Below, piece after piece: positions 41,240 to 55,306 of a stretch of DNA of 64,000 nt. The position numbers and the translations under genes were made by a program. Origin of the DNA: Octopus vulgaris (lineage: Eukaryota); assembly GCA_951406725.2 (NCBI GenBank), contig OX597823.1, positions 79,174,001-79,238,000 on the forward strand, written 5' to 3'. A model generated the notes under the pieces. That model saw only the letters and a list, made by a program, of their open reading frames with translations, was not told the origin of the DNA and made no database searches. Numbering within the stretch: the stretch's first letter is position 1; the number at the start of each line of letters is the position of its first letter.

Positions 41240-41739
41240 TAATCCATAGGCTGGGATTTCGTTATTTTCTGCCTTTTTTGCCATATACAGCTTGCAAATT
41301 CTGTTTGTTTGTGGAGACTTTTTACTAGTAGAGGAAATGGTGACCAATTTTGGCTGCTATTTCTAATATTTTCGGTATGCGGTTTTGAGCAACTTGTTGC
41401 ATTTAACCCTTATTTATAATTATTATAACCCTTACCAAATATGGTCTTTTCCATACCGATAAATCTACTAGGTGAAATTGATTAATTTTATTAAATTAAT
41501 TATATTCCACCCTTTATTGCATATTGAATACTTTTGCTCCCTTACAAGTTATCTACGAATTTTTCGTTTCGTTGGTAACGTTTTTGTAGCTCACGTGGTA
41601 AATTTTGGAGGGAAATATGAATTCGCATGTCGGTATAGGTGTAGGAATGCTAGCAGTTCTGTTAGACCGTCCGATGTCGCTGATCGTATTGGTGTAACGG
41701 GTGAGTTTTTCCCCTAGCATTTCTAGATCTATAGGAAAT

Positions 41740-41797
41740 ATTATATTGACAAGGAAATGAACCTTCGGTTCTAATCCAGAAACGAGTGGTCTATAAT
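41740..41797 (+). ncRNA. Type I hammerhead ribozyme, U3-A8 variant (copy 2)
   Basis: Same as copy 1 except GAGTGGTC instead of GAGTCGTC in stem III; predicted cleavage after C41791. Confidence 0.68.
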
Positions 41798-41876
41798 TAA
41801 TCCATAGGCTGGGATTTCGTTATTTTCTGCCTTTTTTGCCATATACAGCTTGCAAATTCTGTTTGTTTGTGGAGAC

Positions 41877-41951
<75 letters not shown>

Positions 41952-42002
41952 GTATATACATAAAAGATAGGTTGATAGAAAAGCAGACAGATGGATAGAC
42001 AT

Positions 42003-42037
<35 letters not shown>

Positions 42038-42410
42038 GACATACCCGCCTTTGGCCAGTTAATTAAGGCTTCATTTTATACCTTATTTTGTTTTTCAAAT
42101 TCACGTTAACACTGTGTAAATATCCAACATCAAACACAATAATTAATTTCTAAGAGATATACGCTTTTATTTTGACGATAAAAGTTTCACTTGTATTTCA
42201 GTAACACGTTAGAAAAAGGGAAAAAAAAAAAGAAAACTACAATTATAGACGCAGACACTCAGACATAAAAATATGAATAAGTACCATGCAGACATATCTT
42301 TAACGGAATAGAACATGAAGTTGAAGCAGACAAAAGCAGACATGAACAATTACGAGACGAGAGAGAGCGATATATAATGTACATATATATATCTGTACAT
42401 ATATATATAA

Positions 42411-42457
<47 letters not shown>

Positions 42458-42540
42458 TTTGTATGCATATGTATATGTATATATTGTATATATATATTTA
42501 TATATACATATATGTGCATGTATGTATATGTATATGCATG

Positions 42541-42601
<61 letters not shown>

Positions 42602-43166
42602 ATGTGTGTATGTTAAACAGTTTTCTCTCTCAATCTGTCTATCAATCTGCATACATATATATACTTAAAAGTTAGATTTACAGACAGATAGACAAACATT
42701 AGATAGACAGACAGATATATATATATATATATATTGTTTTGTGTGTGTGTAAGTATATATGTATATATGTATACACATATATTTGTTTGTATGTATATGC
42801 ATATATACCTATATACATATATACACAGGTATAAACACACAATGTATGTGTATATGTATGTGAGTGTATGTGTGTATGTGTGTATGAGTATTTGTGTGTG
42901 TGTGTGTGTGTGTTTGTATTTGCCTCTATATGTATTATGTAATCTTCGAAAGAAAGTGAAATATTTCTCTCTTTGGAATGGTGGAAAACTATAGATAATT
43001 GCCGGTAAACAGAACAAAAAAAATGACTCTATGTAGCGTTGGTTTAGTATAATTTATTAGAAACAGAATCTTCGCCATTGTTATTCGGAGTTTTACATTG
43101 TTACATACTGAAACAATAGGAAGTGAGAAGCTCTGAAAAACTATGTAAGCAAATACATTCATAAAG

Positions 43167-43207
<41 letters not shown>

Positions 43208-43457
43208 GGTGAAAACTTCGCGTGAGAGAGATAGGGTGAAGTGAAACAGTGTCACATTATGCGTTCCAGCAGGTGTGTCTATGAATGTATATCTCTTGCA
43301 GTACCACCCCATAACTTCGACGGCCTTTGAAGCAGAGATCTGAAAGGTTCTTACATCAACGTGCAATGTGAAGTTTCTAACATTTGGAAGATGAAAATAA
43401 AAAGATTTCTTTTGACACAGTAAATATAGGCGTAAACAAGAAGCGTTGTGTCATTCA

Positions 43458-43841
43458 TCTCTCTCTATATAAACGACAGTTTGTCTGTGCGTGTTTCTGT
43501 GTGTCTGTTTGCTTGTACCCTCACCCTGACCACGGCTTTCAACCGATTCTGATGAAACTTGACACACACATAGCCCAATGTCATAATTCAAAACTAACGC
43601 AGCGAACATTTTGAAAAGTTCCCCCAGTTCTGAAAAAAATCGATAAATTCGACATGGGGTCGAGAATCAGAAACACAAACCGCAAACTGTCTAGGGGACG
43701 CAACTCCACCTTTTTTTACTCTCAAAAAAATTTACCATCATTTTTTTCCATTTCTTTTGCTATTTTTTGGTTATAACTCTCTAAAAATGCTTTATAGTTA
43801 TTTCCCTTACAAACCTGAGCAACGCCGGGCGATACTGCTAG
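43458..43841 (+). mobile_element. Non-autonomous Helitron sharing the 3' end of the 21184 element
   Basis: A|TC start, same ~70-bp 3' end with hairpin and CTAG|T; different internal sequence. Confidence 0.8.
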
Positions 43842-43937
43842 TATGTACTAAACGTATGCTAAACACTCGCCACCTTGTTTTTATGTTTTCTGTTAATGCA
43901 CGAACTCGTCCCTTAAGTTTTTTTGTAACGTCTGCAG

Positions 43938-44028
43938 ATTGTTGTTGTTATTATTACTATTATTATTATCAGTATTATTATTATTATTATTGTTGCTGTT
44001 GTTGTTGTTGTTATTATTATTGTTATTA

Positions 44029-44083
<55 letters not shown>

Positions 44084-44440
44084 CATTATTATTATTATTA
44101 TTATCATTATTATTATTATTATTATTCATATTATTATTCATATTATTATTATTATTATTATCGTCACTCATTGTTATTATCACCATTGATAGTGAGGTTG
44201 TTGTTTTTTATTATTAAGTTATTAAGGCGGTGAACTGGCAGAATCGTAAGCACGCCGGCCGAAATGCACAGCGGTATTTCGTCTGCCGCTACGATTTGAG
44301 TTCAAATTACACTGAGGTCACCTTTGGCTTTCATTCTTTCGGGGTTGATTAACGGAGGACCAGATGCGCACGGTGGTCGTTGTAATCGACTGTTCCCTTC
44401 ATCCAATATTTCACTCCTTGTGCCTATAGTAGAAAAGATT

Positions 44441-44524
<84 letters not shown>

Positions 44525-44597
44525 CTTATTATTATTTTTATCATTATGATTATTATTATTATTATTATTATTATTAATATTATTAATATTATTAATA

Positions 44598-44649
<52 letters not shown>

Positions 44650-44690
44650 CATTATTATTATTATTATTATTAATATTAATCATTGTGATT
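43938..44690. repeat. (TTA/TTG)n tracts interrupted by a SINE
   Basis: Direct reading. Confidence 0.93.
44225..44440 (+). mobile_element. SINE family B
   Basis: GGCGGTGAACTGGCAGAATCG head, GAGTTCAAAT B box, CTTTCATTCTTTCGGGGTTGAT core, TTGTGCCTATAGTAGAAAAG tail. Confidence 0.85.
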
Positions 44691-44729
44691 ATTATCGTTG
44701 ATATTGAGGTGGCTGTTTTTTTTTATTAT

Positions 44730-44945
44730 TAAAGCGGTGAGCTAGCCGAATCGTTAGCATATAGAGCAAAATGCTTAGCGGAATTTCGTCCGTGTTTACG
44801 ATCTGCGGCCAAATTCCGCCGAGGTCGACTTTGCCTTTCATCCATCTCGGTGTCAATTGAACGGCTACCAGTTGAACACTCTGCCCTGCACCCCGCCCCC
44901 ATCAAAAAATCTGCTGGCCTTGTGCGAAAATTTAGAATCATATTA
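44730..44945 (+). mobile_element. SINE family B
   Basis: Colinear with the 44225 copy. Confidence 0.8.
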
Positions 44946-45127
44946 ATACACACTCTCACAACCATACAAACACACACACACACACACACACATATGCATA
45001 TTGGTGGGAGATGAAGATGATGACGAATATGTGCTTATGTTTCGACTTCTATCTTTATGTTTACATCAACAAACCTATGAATATATCACGTCTTTGCACA
45101 TAGAATTTGAATAGGTTAATAAATAGG

Positions 45128-45429
45128 CAGTGCTACTCAAAGAGGTGGTCTGCGGACCGGTGCCGGTCCGCGAGCCATCAGCTACTAGTACGTGGCAAGT
45201 TTCCAGAAAAGAAAGAAACATTAGAAAATTCTTATAAAATCCTTATGCAGTATTGTATTATTTGTTTACAAAATAAATATAAGATTAAAAAAATTGTCAA
45301 TTTTTATTATATTCGTTATATATATTGTTTCCACTCTAAATTAATATTACTAAGAAATATTACTGGTTCCTGGCACATTGGAAAAAAATGTACGTCGGTA
45401 CTCCACATCAAATAGTTTGAGAAGCACTG
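45128..45429. mobile_element. hAT/Charlie-like MITE
   Basis: 14-bp TIRs CAGTGCTACTCAAA / TTTGAGAAGCACTG with one mismatch; subterminal GCGGACCGG..CCGGTCCGC palindrome. No clean 8-bp TSD seen. Confidence 0.75.
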
Positions 45430-45721
45430 GGTTAATCTATAACGCATTTGTTACGTTTTATGTTTTAAGTAGTATGTGAACCGCTAATCATATTTCGTTG
45501 TTTTTACATATAATTTCACTTAAGTATATAATGCAACGTTTCTTCTTTAATTCAATCCTTTGAATTGGCACCGTGAATCTTTAAGCTTCAAGTGCTATGC
45601 ATATATGTATGAGTCATTGTGTCAATGTACATACATGTTTGTGAAAGTGCACGCACGTATGTGTGTGTATATATATATATATATGTATGTATGTATGTAT
45701 ATGTGTGTGTAGGTATATATA

Positions 45722-45774
<53 letters not shown>

Positions 45775-47368
45775 TGTATGTGTTGTGTGTGTGTCTATAT
45801 TTTCTTATTTATACATTTTGCGTGTGTTTCCATGCTTGTGTCTGTATGTAGTCTGTGTATATTTTTCTGAACAGATGTTGAAGCAAAGAACAAGAAAAAA
45901 TTTAACAAGAGCGAAGTTAGATGAGAACCAATAACTCGATGAGTCCGCAAGTTTCAGAACCGAAAGGAACTGAATATTTTATTCACTGTACAAAGAAACA
46001 GGAATTATAATTTCATCAACAATTCTGTGAACAGATAAAAAGGTTGTGTTCTACTAAAACCTAAGAATAATTCAATAAATGATGTACGTTTCCTGTCAGG
46101 AAATAAGAGTCTTTTTTTTTTATTTCAGAGATTTTTCTCTGAGGAATGAAGAACGTTAACACATCATCATACACACGCACGAACGCTCTCGAGCAAACAC
46201 ACGCACGCGCACACGCACACACAAACACACATGTATATATGCGTGCATATATGCGTGTGTGTGTGTATGCGTGTGCGTCACGCATATGTACTGGCAAAGA
46301 AATTTGTTTCGTATTTTACCCATTTTTTCTGTTAACCCTTTCCAATGCAGTTTGAATTAACTTGAAAAATATTTATTACGGAATGTTTTTATTTATAATT
46401 TTTTTATTTGTTTCCATTTTTGCTTTTGGAACAGTCATCTTTCTCTACAAATTCTATTTATCATTTTCGAAATTTGAATAAATTTTACTTCTTTTTAGAC
46501 GTATGACGTTGTGCCAAGTGGATAAAAAAAAAACGAACGAATTTATCTGACAACCTAATACATACATACATGTATTCATCCATGTATGCTTGCATACATT
46601 CATACATACATATATACATACATGCATACATATGCATATACATATACATATAAATTCGTGTGTGTGCGTGCATGTGTGTGCGTGCATGTGTGTGCGTCTG
46701 TGTGTGAATAAGCGTGTGAAAATGGATATAAATAGAAAAATATCTTAAACACACACACACATGCATATACACACTCCGATATATATACTATTATATTTAC
46801 ATTCACATATCAATAACGTCATAATGTAGAATATATGACATTTCAAATATACATACTGACTTTAGTTCATATGGTTGCTTGATTTGCTACAAAGCAGTAA
46901 CCACATCTCCTTCGAATCATAAATATACCGTTTCGCAATGAACATTTTGGTTTTTCGAGCTAACCATTGAAAGAAAAAAAAAAAACATGAATAACAAGAA
47001 GATGAAGATTTGGTTTATTCTGGGTATGATGTAAACCATAATCTTTATCGTTAAGCTGAAATATTTTCGATCACAGATCTGCTGGATCAGGCTGACAAAC
47101 AACAGAATAACAAAAACACATAACAGAATACATATCACACAAATACACCCACGCATACACACACACACACATACCTACATGCACTCGCTCACTAGTACAC
47201 TCACGCATTCTTCCAGTCACTGGATAGTTACACCCCCCATATAAAACAAACAAACACTTGTCTAGTCAACCACCACCTTGTCTTTTTATCATACTCACAT
47301 TCATACCCTCACAAGCTTTACTCTACACAGTCTCTCTCTCTCCGTCCCTCTGTCACTCTATATCTCTT

Positions 47369-47414
<46 letters not shown>

Positions 47415-47999
47415 ATTCTTTCACTGTTTGGCTCTCATTTGGATTCAAACCTTTGGTTTACCCCCGTGTTACTTTCATTTCCACAGTCACTTCTACTTGA
47501 CCGCCGCTCACTTTACAGTCAGATAACCCCTGCGCTTAGTTGTTTCCGATTACCCCCCCCCCTTTGTCTTCTCTTTAAAAAAAGAAGGATCACCTTTATA
47601 CCTCTTCCCTTCTAGTTTTCCTATTTCCCTCAGCACGTATATATAAGTGTCTTAGGTTTCCTTTACTATCTCCCCTCACTTTTCTATCTCCCCTAGTTTT
47701 ACTAGCTGCAGGAACCTTTTACCATTTTCTCATAGGTTTACTAATTTCTAGGACTTTTTTATTATCTTCTAAAAACTTTCTTTTTAATACGACATTTAAC
47801 CATCTAAAATTATTTTCTCTCATTTCCGAATTTCAGTATTTCGAAAATCTTTAGTCCGTCCCCTGTTTTTTGATGTTCGGAGACTAGAAAAATTACCATT
47901 TCCACCCCCTACTTCGGCTTCTTTATACACCTTCACACATGTAAATTATATATTTTACCAAAATTTCACCATATTACAGCGCTTTGTTAACAAATTTAT

Positions 48000-48370
48000 C
48001 CAGGTGTAACTCTGTGATAAGATGTTTGCTTCCAAACCATGTGACTCTGAATTCAGTCCCATTGCATGAAACCTTTGTCTGAGGTCGATTAAAGCCTTGT
48101 GAGGGAGGTTTGGAGACAGGAGCTAAACGAGAGTAGTGTACGTATGCGTGCGTGTGTGTGTACGTGTACGTGTATGTGTGTCACTACTGCTTGACAACCG
48201 GTGCAGGTCTATCTACGTCCCCGTAACTTACCAGTTCCGCAAAAGAAACTGATAAAATAAACAACAGTCTTAAAAAATAAATAGTTGTGTCGATTTGTTC
48301 GACTAAACTCTCCAAAACAGTACCACAACATGGTCGCAGTCCAATGACTGAAGCAAGTAAAAGTTTAAAG
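48000..48370 (+). mobile_element. SINE family A, degenerate
   Basis: Recognisable AAAGCCTTGTGAG, GTCCCCGTAACTTA and GATTTGTTCGACTAAA blocks. Confidence 0.72.
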
Positions 48371-49097
48371 ATAAAAGATACACACACAGAGGCAGAAACA
48401 CCCACGCATACACATACAAACACGGTGCCCCAGCATGGCCACAGCTCAAGAGCTGAAACTGGAAAACATTTTCATAAACACAGTCGCACAGTTACGTGCG
48501 CACACGTACACGCTTGCACTTATGCTCTTACAGCCTTATATACATGCTTCCACACAATCCATCTACAAATTACACACGCTCAAACATCCCCCTAACTCTA
48601 CGAACCAACGCTGCAATACTTCCACACCTGTACACATTTATTCACATACACACAGCACACCTGTACAAACGCTTTCAGCCTTAAACTTTACGTCCGCTTC
48701 CATACTGGGAACCATTTCGATACGTGAAGTTATATCAACCTCATCCTCCGTCCTCATCCCGTCCACTGATTTTTCAGGTTCCTCATACATTCTTTTCTCC
48801 GTTTCCTTTGTTTTTAAATGCATGTAGCTTTGTAATAATTGTTAAGATTGCACATTTCCTAATCTTTTTCTCTTCTTTCTATACCCGTACTTTTTCACCC
48901 TAACTACCCTTCAAAACGCATTTGATTTTTCTTTTGCTTTATGATGAGCGACCAATTTTCGAAACGTTAAATCACTTCTCAAAAACATTTAACTCCTACC
49001 ACATTCCTCATCTCTTAAATATAGAACTGTATTACCACATGTTTATCCCCATTCTCTCTCTGCATCTCTCTTTCTCCCCACATAGATATATCTATTT

Positions 49098-49130
<33 letters not shown>

Positions 49131-50851
49131 ATCAGACCCCAGTTGCCGAATACAAGCCACACTCTTGAAACTCACAGTACCAAGGATATATATATATATA
49201 TATATCGCTGTAAGTATGTAAGTATGTTCTGTACAGAAAGTTACAGTTGGACACATAAACGAAGATTCGACAAGGATAAATCTTAGTTGCTTTTTTAAAG
49301 AAGCCTTTTCATAAAGTTTGATTTTTTTTTAAAGTATCTCATTGATCGCAGTTTGCATTAATGTTTGCTGACCATTTTATACACGTGTATGTAAAGTATC
49401 TTTAATCTAGAAAAATAATGTATGGATAAACAATTACAGTAAATCGAATCGTGTGTAGATCGCTATTGTTTTCAACTGATGCCATGTATAAACTTTGTTT
49501 GTAAACATGAGCTTACTATTTTCTTAATTTGAGCAACTTTTCTATTGTAAATGTTTAACTTTTAAAGTTAGGAATCCTATTCTGTTATCACATTGAATTA
49601 TCACATGTGTAAATTGGAACTGACACTGCGAACTTTGAATGTGCGTGTGCATTTCAAGAAATATAGAAAATTATTTCTGAATGTGTTTCGTATGAATAAA
49701 AAATTGATTTTGTGCGTGTCTTTTTTTTAATAAAAATATTTGTCTCATTCCTTTGGACGATATTGTAAAAATCGTATTTTACATTCTAAATATGTCACGT
49801 TCAATTATACTTTGTATTCCGGGTAATATCACCTACAGGGTTCAGTAAAATTCTATAGCAGACCAAGAAAACGGATTCATGGAATAATTAAAGTATCAGA
49901 CGCCAAAATTAGCAGTATTTTGTTTAGGTTCTATGGCGTCTGGGTTCAAATACCATTAAAGTCAATGTGGCCTCTAATCTTCTTAGGACCGATAAAAAGT
50001 ACCTGTTTCGTAGGTTGGATTAACGGAATTTTAAGAACATCAAACGAAAATTCCTTATCGTATTTCTTCAAGTCGGTTTCATTCTGAATTCTTGTGTGGT
50101 AAACTTAATCCGTCATGCGGTTTAAGACCACCACCTACTCATTCTGGGCCTTTTACGAAGTTCAAACTGTTGCAAGCATTCGGGTCAGGTATTCAGTTCC
50201 TCTTTCCTCCCACCAGTCACAGAAGCCCTGAAAAATAAATGGTCATGGGCGCTCCCCTTAATTTATGCTACAGAGCAATTTAACATTGTAGTTTTTAACG
50301 GTAAAAATCTTATAGAATATCCTATTGCTCTTAATGAGTTAAAACGAACCTACACACAATATTCATATTTATATTTTGGTGAAGATTGCAACGTAAGAAC
50401 ACCATATTTTCTGATCTCTATGTTTTAAACTTTGGAAATTGCGATTCTAATTACGAAATGAAATTCATGGTGAGGCTTTATGAATATGGTTCGAGTGTAT
50501 CACTTGAATAAAGGTTTAAATATAAACTTTGATGATCAATGAGACGAAAATATTTAATTTAGGAGCAATTTTTTCTATACTTGTTATCGCCAAAGTTTAA
50601 AGCATAGATTTCGAGATAACTTTCTAAAACAAAACAAAAAAAAAATCATTTTAAAATCACATGAAAATAAGAATTAAAAAATACATATAGAGAGATTGCT
50701 TATTGCACAACTCAGGACTTTTTATTTGTTTCTTTGCAACATTGCTATTATGTCTAAAAAAATGTGTATAATCTTTTTTTCTTTATATCGCTGGTTTCGT
50801 AACACTGGCGCTAATCTAGCAGAATTGCCAATGTAATTTGAACATCTAATT

Positions 50852-51248
50852 TGCATTCTATAACTGCTAAACATCCTTTGCTAATGATCAGAGCGTAAGA
50901 TTACATAACTATATATTTTATGAAGAAAAATTCTTCTTATTGTATTTTACACGGTTTTGTGTCTATATGAATGATATGAATGTACGCACACACTCACACA
51001 TACCTGCAAGCACACACTCATCACACACATGTATACTTGCAGATATCTGCATAAATATATATATACATATATGCATACATACATGCATATATATATATAT
51101 ATATATAAATATGCGTACATTCATATCATTCATATAGACACAAAACCATGTAAAATACAATAAGAAGAATTTTTCTTCATAAAATATATAGTTATGTAAT
51201 CTTACACTCTGATCATTAGCAAAGGATGCTTAGCAGTTATAGAATGCA
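50852..51248. repeat. 137-bp inverted repeat with 123-bp microsatellite-rich spacer
   Basis: Arms 50852-50988 and 51112-51248, three transition mismatches seen; right arm runs into (TA)n. Confidence 0.93.
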
Positions 51249-51276
51249 TATATATATATATATGTGTGTGTGTGTT

Positions 51277-51330
<54 letters not shown>

Positions 51331-52321
51331 ACTACGGCAGTATTTGCATAATATTATGGTCGCAATTTACTCATACGCAGCATATTTCAGAGCTTGTCCC
51401 AGATAGTTCTTAACCAAATTCAAAGGTGTTAAAAGTTTTGAAGTGGTCTGGTCCCTAGCTACATTTTGGCCTAAAAAATTGTGATTTGATCCAGTAGAAA
51501 AAAGTTTATATCAAAATTGGTAGCAACCTTATAGGAGAGTATATAACGGCCACCAATCAAGTTTATATCTAAATAACTTTAGGTAAATATATTTACCTTA
51601 GCTTCAACGTAGAAGAAAGCGTGAAGAATTTCATAGTTTTGTTACCATGCAGCAAAAGTTTGTATCAAAAACGTTGTAAGATAAAATATCGTGAAAGGAA
51701 ATATAAGGCAAAAATTTGGATTTAAGTATAATTAAATTTTTATTTTAAAAACAAACTATATTTTAATTAATCTTATATGATAGAGCTCAATTCGAGGAAT
51801 TTCATGGTATCAATCTTATGCAATGAAGACTTAAAAGAAAAAAGTTATGAGTGTTTATTTCTCAAATTTGAGGGTGATAATATAGTTCTATACTTTTTTT
51901 ATGAATATAGTTTTATAATGGGACTTTTCGTATATGTCATCTGCGTCATTGAGATAAGGAAAAAAATTATAAACAACTCTGCTAATTGGCATATTTGATA
52001 CCTTATTAATTAGCATAATACCAGGAAAAACCATGGATTACATGAAAAATGCCGGCAAGAGGAATATTATTCTCAAGATGATAAATCTGAAGAATTACAG
52101 GGCAAGTTTTTACACTTGGAAAAGTTCAGCACAGCTTATTACATCTGATAAAGTACAGACCAAAAAAGTATTTTACTTAAAATATTGCAGCTAAGGATAA
52201 AATTTGAATATTAAATTTTAATTTAGAAAATAACATTATAATTAAAAAACAAGTACCGTCATTTTGTTAAAATATCGACCCACTAGAATACTTGAAAAAC
52301 GTACTAATATAGCTAACGGTT

Positions 52322-52455
52322 TCCTCGGCCGTCGATTTTCCCTTTCATCCTTTCGGGGTCGATAAATTAAGTACCATTTGTGTGCTATGGTCGATCTAAT
52401 CGACTGGCTCCCTCCCCCAAAATTTCGGGCCTTGTGCCTAGAGCAGGAAAGAATA
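52322..52455 (+). mobile_element. SINE family B, 3' part
   Basis: CCTTTCATCCTTTCGGGGTCGATAAATTAAGTACC...GGCCTTGTGCCTAGAG. Confidence 0.82.
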
Positions 52456-53561
52456 TAGCTAAAGTTTTATGCAAAGTAAAGTAGTATATATGGAAGGCAA
52501 ATTCATTATGTACAAAATGGGTATTGGGTCAAGACTAAAATTTGAAGACTTGGCAATAATTTAGACAATAGCTCAAGCAAATTTTAGTGTGAATTTGTTG
52601 TTATGGGTAGATTTTACTGTAATATATAACTAATTTTTGTAGTATTCTATTTGTTGTACTAACTAATTATGTACTACTATTATTTTTATAACATATTTTC
52701 AAATTTCTAATTATTAATTAATTTTTTATTATTATTATTTTTTTTTTGAAAGGGAAAACATTTTGAGTTATTTTTTATTTTTAATAGATGTAACAAGCAA
52801 TACCAAATAGAAGTAATAACTTGTAATAGAATATTTAGTTTTAATAATAGTTTTACATAATTTCTGAATCTAAATATTTTATTTGAAATTTTATCCTTAG
52901 TTGCAATATTTTAAGCAAAAATTTTCTTGTTCTATATTTCGCCAGTTATCCTAAAATTTTCCAAGTGAAATAACTGTTTCTGTCATTTTCCATTCTTACA
53001 TTGCACTTCCACTAAATATATCTACTTCCATTCCTTTAAGCTTTATTCTAATTCACCTATTGCTCTGTATCACTCTACTATTAGTTTTCTGCTAATTTCT
53101 TTCTTTCTCTTCCATCTCTTTCTATAAACTACCTTTGACGTTATATATAGTAACAGTTTAAAAGAAAACTTGATATGGTTCCCTTCATCATATATGCAGT
53201 CATCACAGTCTGGTAAAATGTCATATTGATGTGTTTGGTTTCTTTCGTTCCCTGATGAGAAGATTGCATTGTTTACAACATTTTATTCCTTCGGGAATAA
53301 TGCCAATGTTGTCTTCGAAACATATGTCGGAAGTAAAATAATTTGAATAACACCTGCGTTTATCCCCATTTATTTATTTATCTATATTTTACAAAACATT
53401 TCACCTAAACTTGGAGTTTGTACTTTTATAAATAGGCAGCTACATCCTTGTTACTTGTGTGAATTTTTGCTACCCTGGTAACTATTCATTTATCTTTTCT
53501 GTGTTATTTGTAAATACTGGAAAAAAAACCCACATACATTTATATATATATATATGTATAT

Positions 53562-53701
53562 GGGTACAGAAGTGGCTGTATGGTAAGTAGCATGCTAACC
53601 AACCACAGCGTGGTACCTTGGGCAAGTGTCTTCTACTATAGGCTCGAGCCGACCAAAACCTTGTGGATAGATTTGGTGGACGGAAACTGAAATAAGCCTG
53701 T

Positions 53702-53741
<40 letters not shown>

Positions 53742-53950
53742 TGTGTGTCTGTATTTGCCCCCCCCCCGACCATCACTTCACAACCGACGTTGGCGTGTTT
53801 ACATCCCCATAACTTAGAGGTTCGACAAAAGAGACCGTTAGAATAAATACAAGGCTTACAACAAATAAGTCGTGGGGTCAATTTGTTCGACTGAAGTCAG
53901 TGATCAAGCATGGCTGCAGTCAAATGACTGAAGCAAATAAACGAATAAAG
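53562..53950 (+). mobile_element. SINE family A
   Basis: Colinear with the other copies; small deletion over the B box. Confidence 0.85.
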
Positions 53951-53954
53951 GAAA

Positions 53955-53985
<31 letters not shown>

Positions 53986-54995
53986 TTCATACATCTGTCT
54001 GTGCAGGTAGCATTCTACCAAACCTATTAGTTTGATAGAAGGAAACCGCATAAATAGAAATCAATACATGATTATATGTGCATGTGTGTGTGCGTGTATG
54101 TATATATATATATGTATATATATAGAGAGGGAGAGATACTCAGAAACACACACATACACACATATATATATATATATGTATATATGTACGTATATATGCA
54201 AGCGTGCATGTATGTATCTATGTACTTATACCCGTATGTATGTATGTATGTAAGTATGTATGTATGTATGTATGTATGTATGTATGTATGTATGTATGTA
54301 TGTATGTATACGTATGCAGCCAAATACTAATGTCGATTATGGACACTTTAGTCAATTATAATCTGCCTCCCTGTAAGAGCAGCTTGCTCCGTCGTAAGAA
54401 ATTAATGGACTTACACGAAGAAAACAGCCTACGCACACAGCTTTGAACATAGATATATGGTATATTTTGACAATGTGCAAATGAACATATGCAATACCAA
54501 TTAATGTGGCGCCCGACTTGGCAGAAACAGCAGCGAATCTTCTTAAAATCAAACCTGACTGACTTAGAGTATAAACGCCTTTGACTCTCTGCTGTGTGTG
54601 AGAAAATAATATTGTCTAATATATGAACAAAAATCTAGGCTTCATAACTTGTACTTTTATAAGACAAGACGCCAAATGGTCTTCAAAGAATTCTGAAGCA
54701 TTCTGAAGGTGCGCAATGTAGCTTTAGTATATCAAAAACAGTTTTTATTCCTTTTACCTTACTTCCTTACTCTCTCTCTCTATAACCGAAATCTCTGAAT
54801 TTTCCATCTTTTACAGTATCTTCATCTCACACACAAGCGCGTGCGAGTAAGCATAGAGATGCGCAAGTAACCATAGAAATGCAAAAAAATAGTACTCGAA
54901 TACCGAAGGGGGATTAATATGGTTTTATTAAAGCTGCAAAATTCTTCACGAACTGTTCGTGAAAGCCTTTGCAGGTTTAATAGAAGTGTGTCTGC

Positions 54996-55067
<72 letters not shown>

Positions 55068-55198
55068 TCAGTTGTTCATATGTCTACAAAAGAAGCACAC
55101 CCTAAAACATTAGTGTAGTAATATATTTTTAGGAATTTAACTGTTATACACATACATATATATTTACATATACATATCTTTACATATATGTATACATG

Positions 55199-55306
<108 letters not shown>

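Larger units (their letters stand above)
41020..41882 (+). mobile_element. Non-coding (TA)n-inserted element: 154-bp inverted copy plus 558-bp unit bounded by two hammerheads (retrozyme-like)
   Basis: 41020-41173 is inverted at 41371-41524; 41173-41324 is directly repeated at 41731-41882; both direct copies contain the hammerhead motif; (TA)n on both flanks. Confidence 0.85.

Noticed and set aside
46285-46560. Mariner-like TIR end (GAATTTATCTGACAACCTAATA)
   Set aside because: The matching left TIR is too degenerate to define the element.
49131-49188. Short TA-flanked insert with GAAACT-CAC-AGTA (hammerhead 3' half-like)
   Set aside because: 5' core and stem II are absent; too short to support a call.
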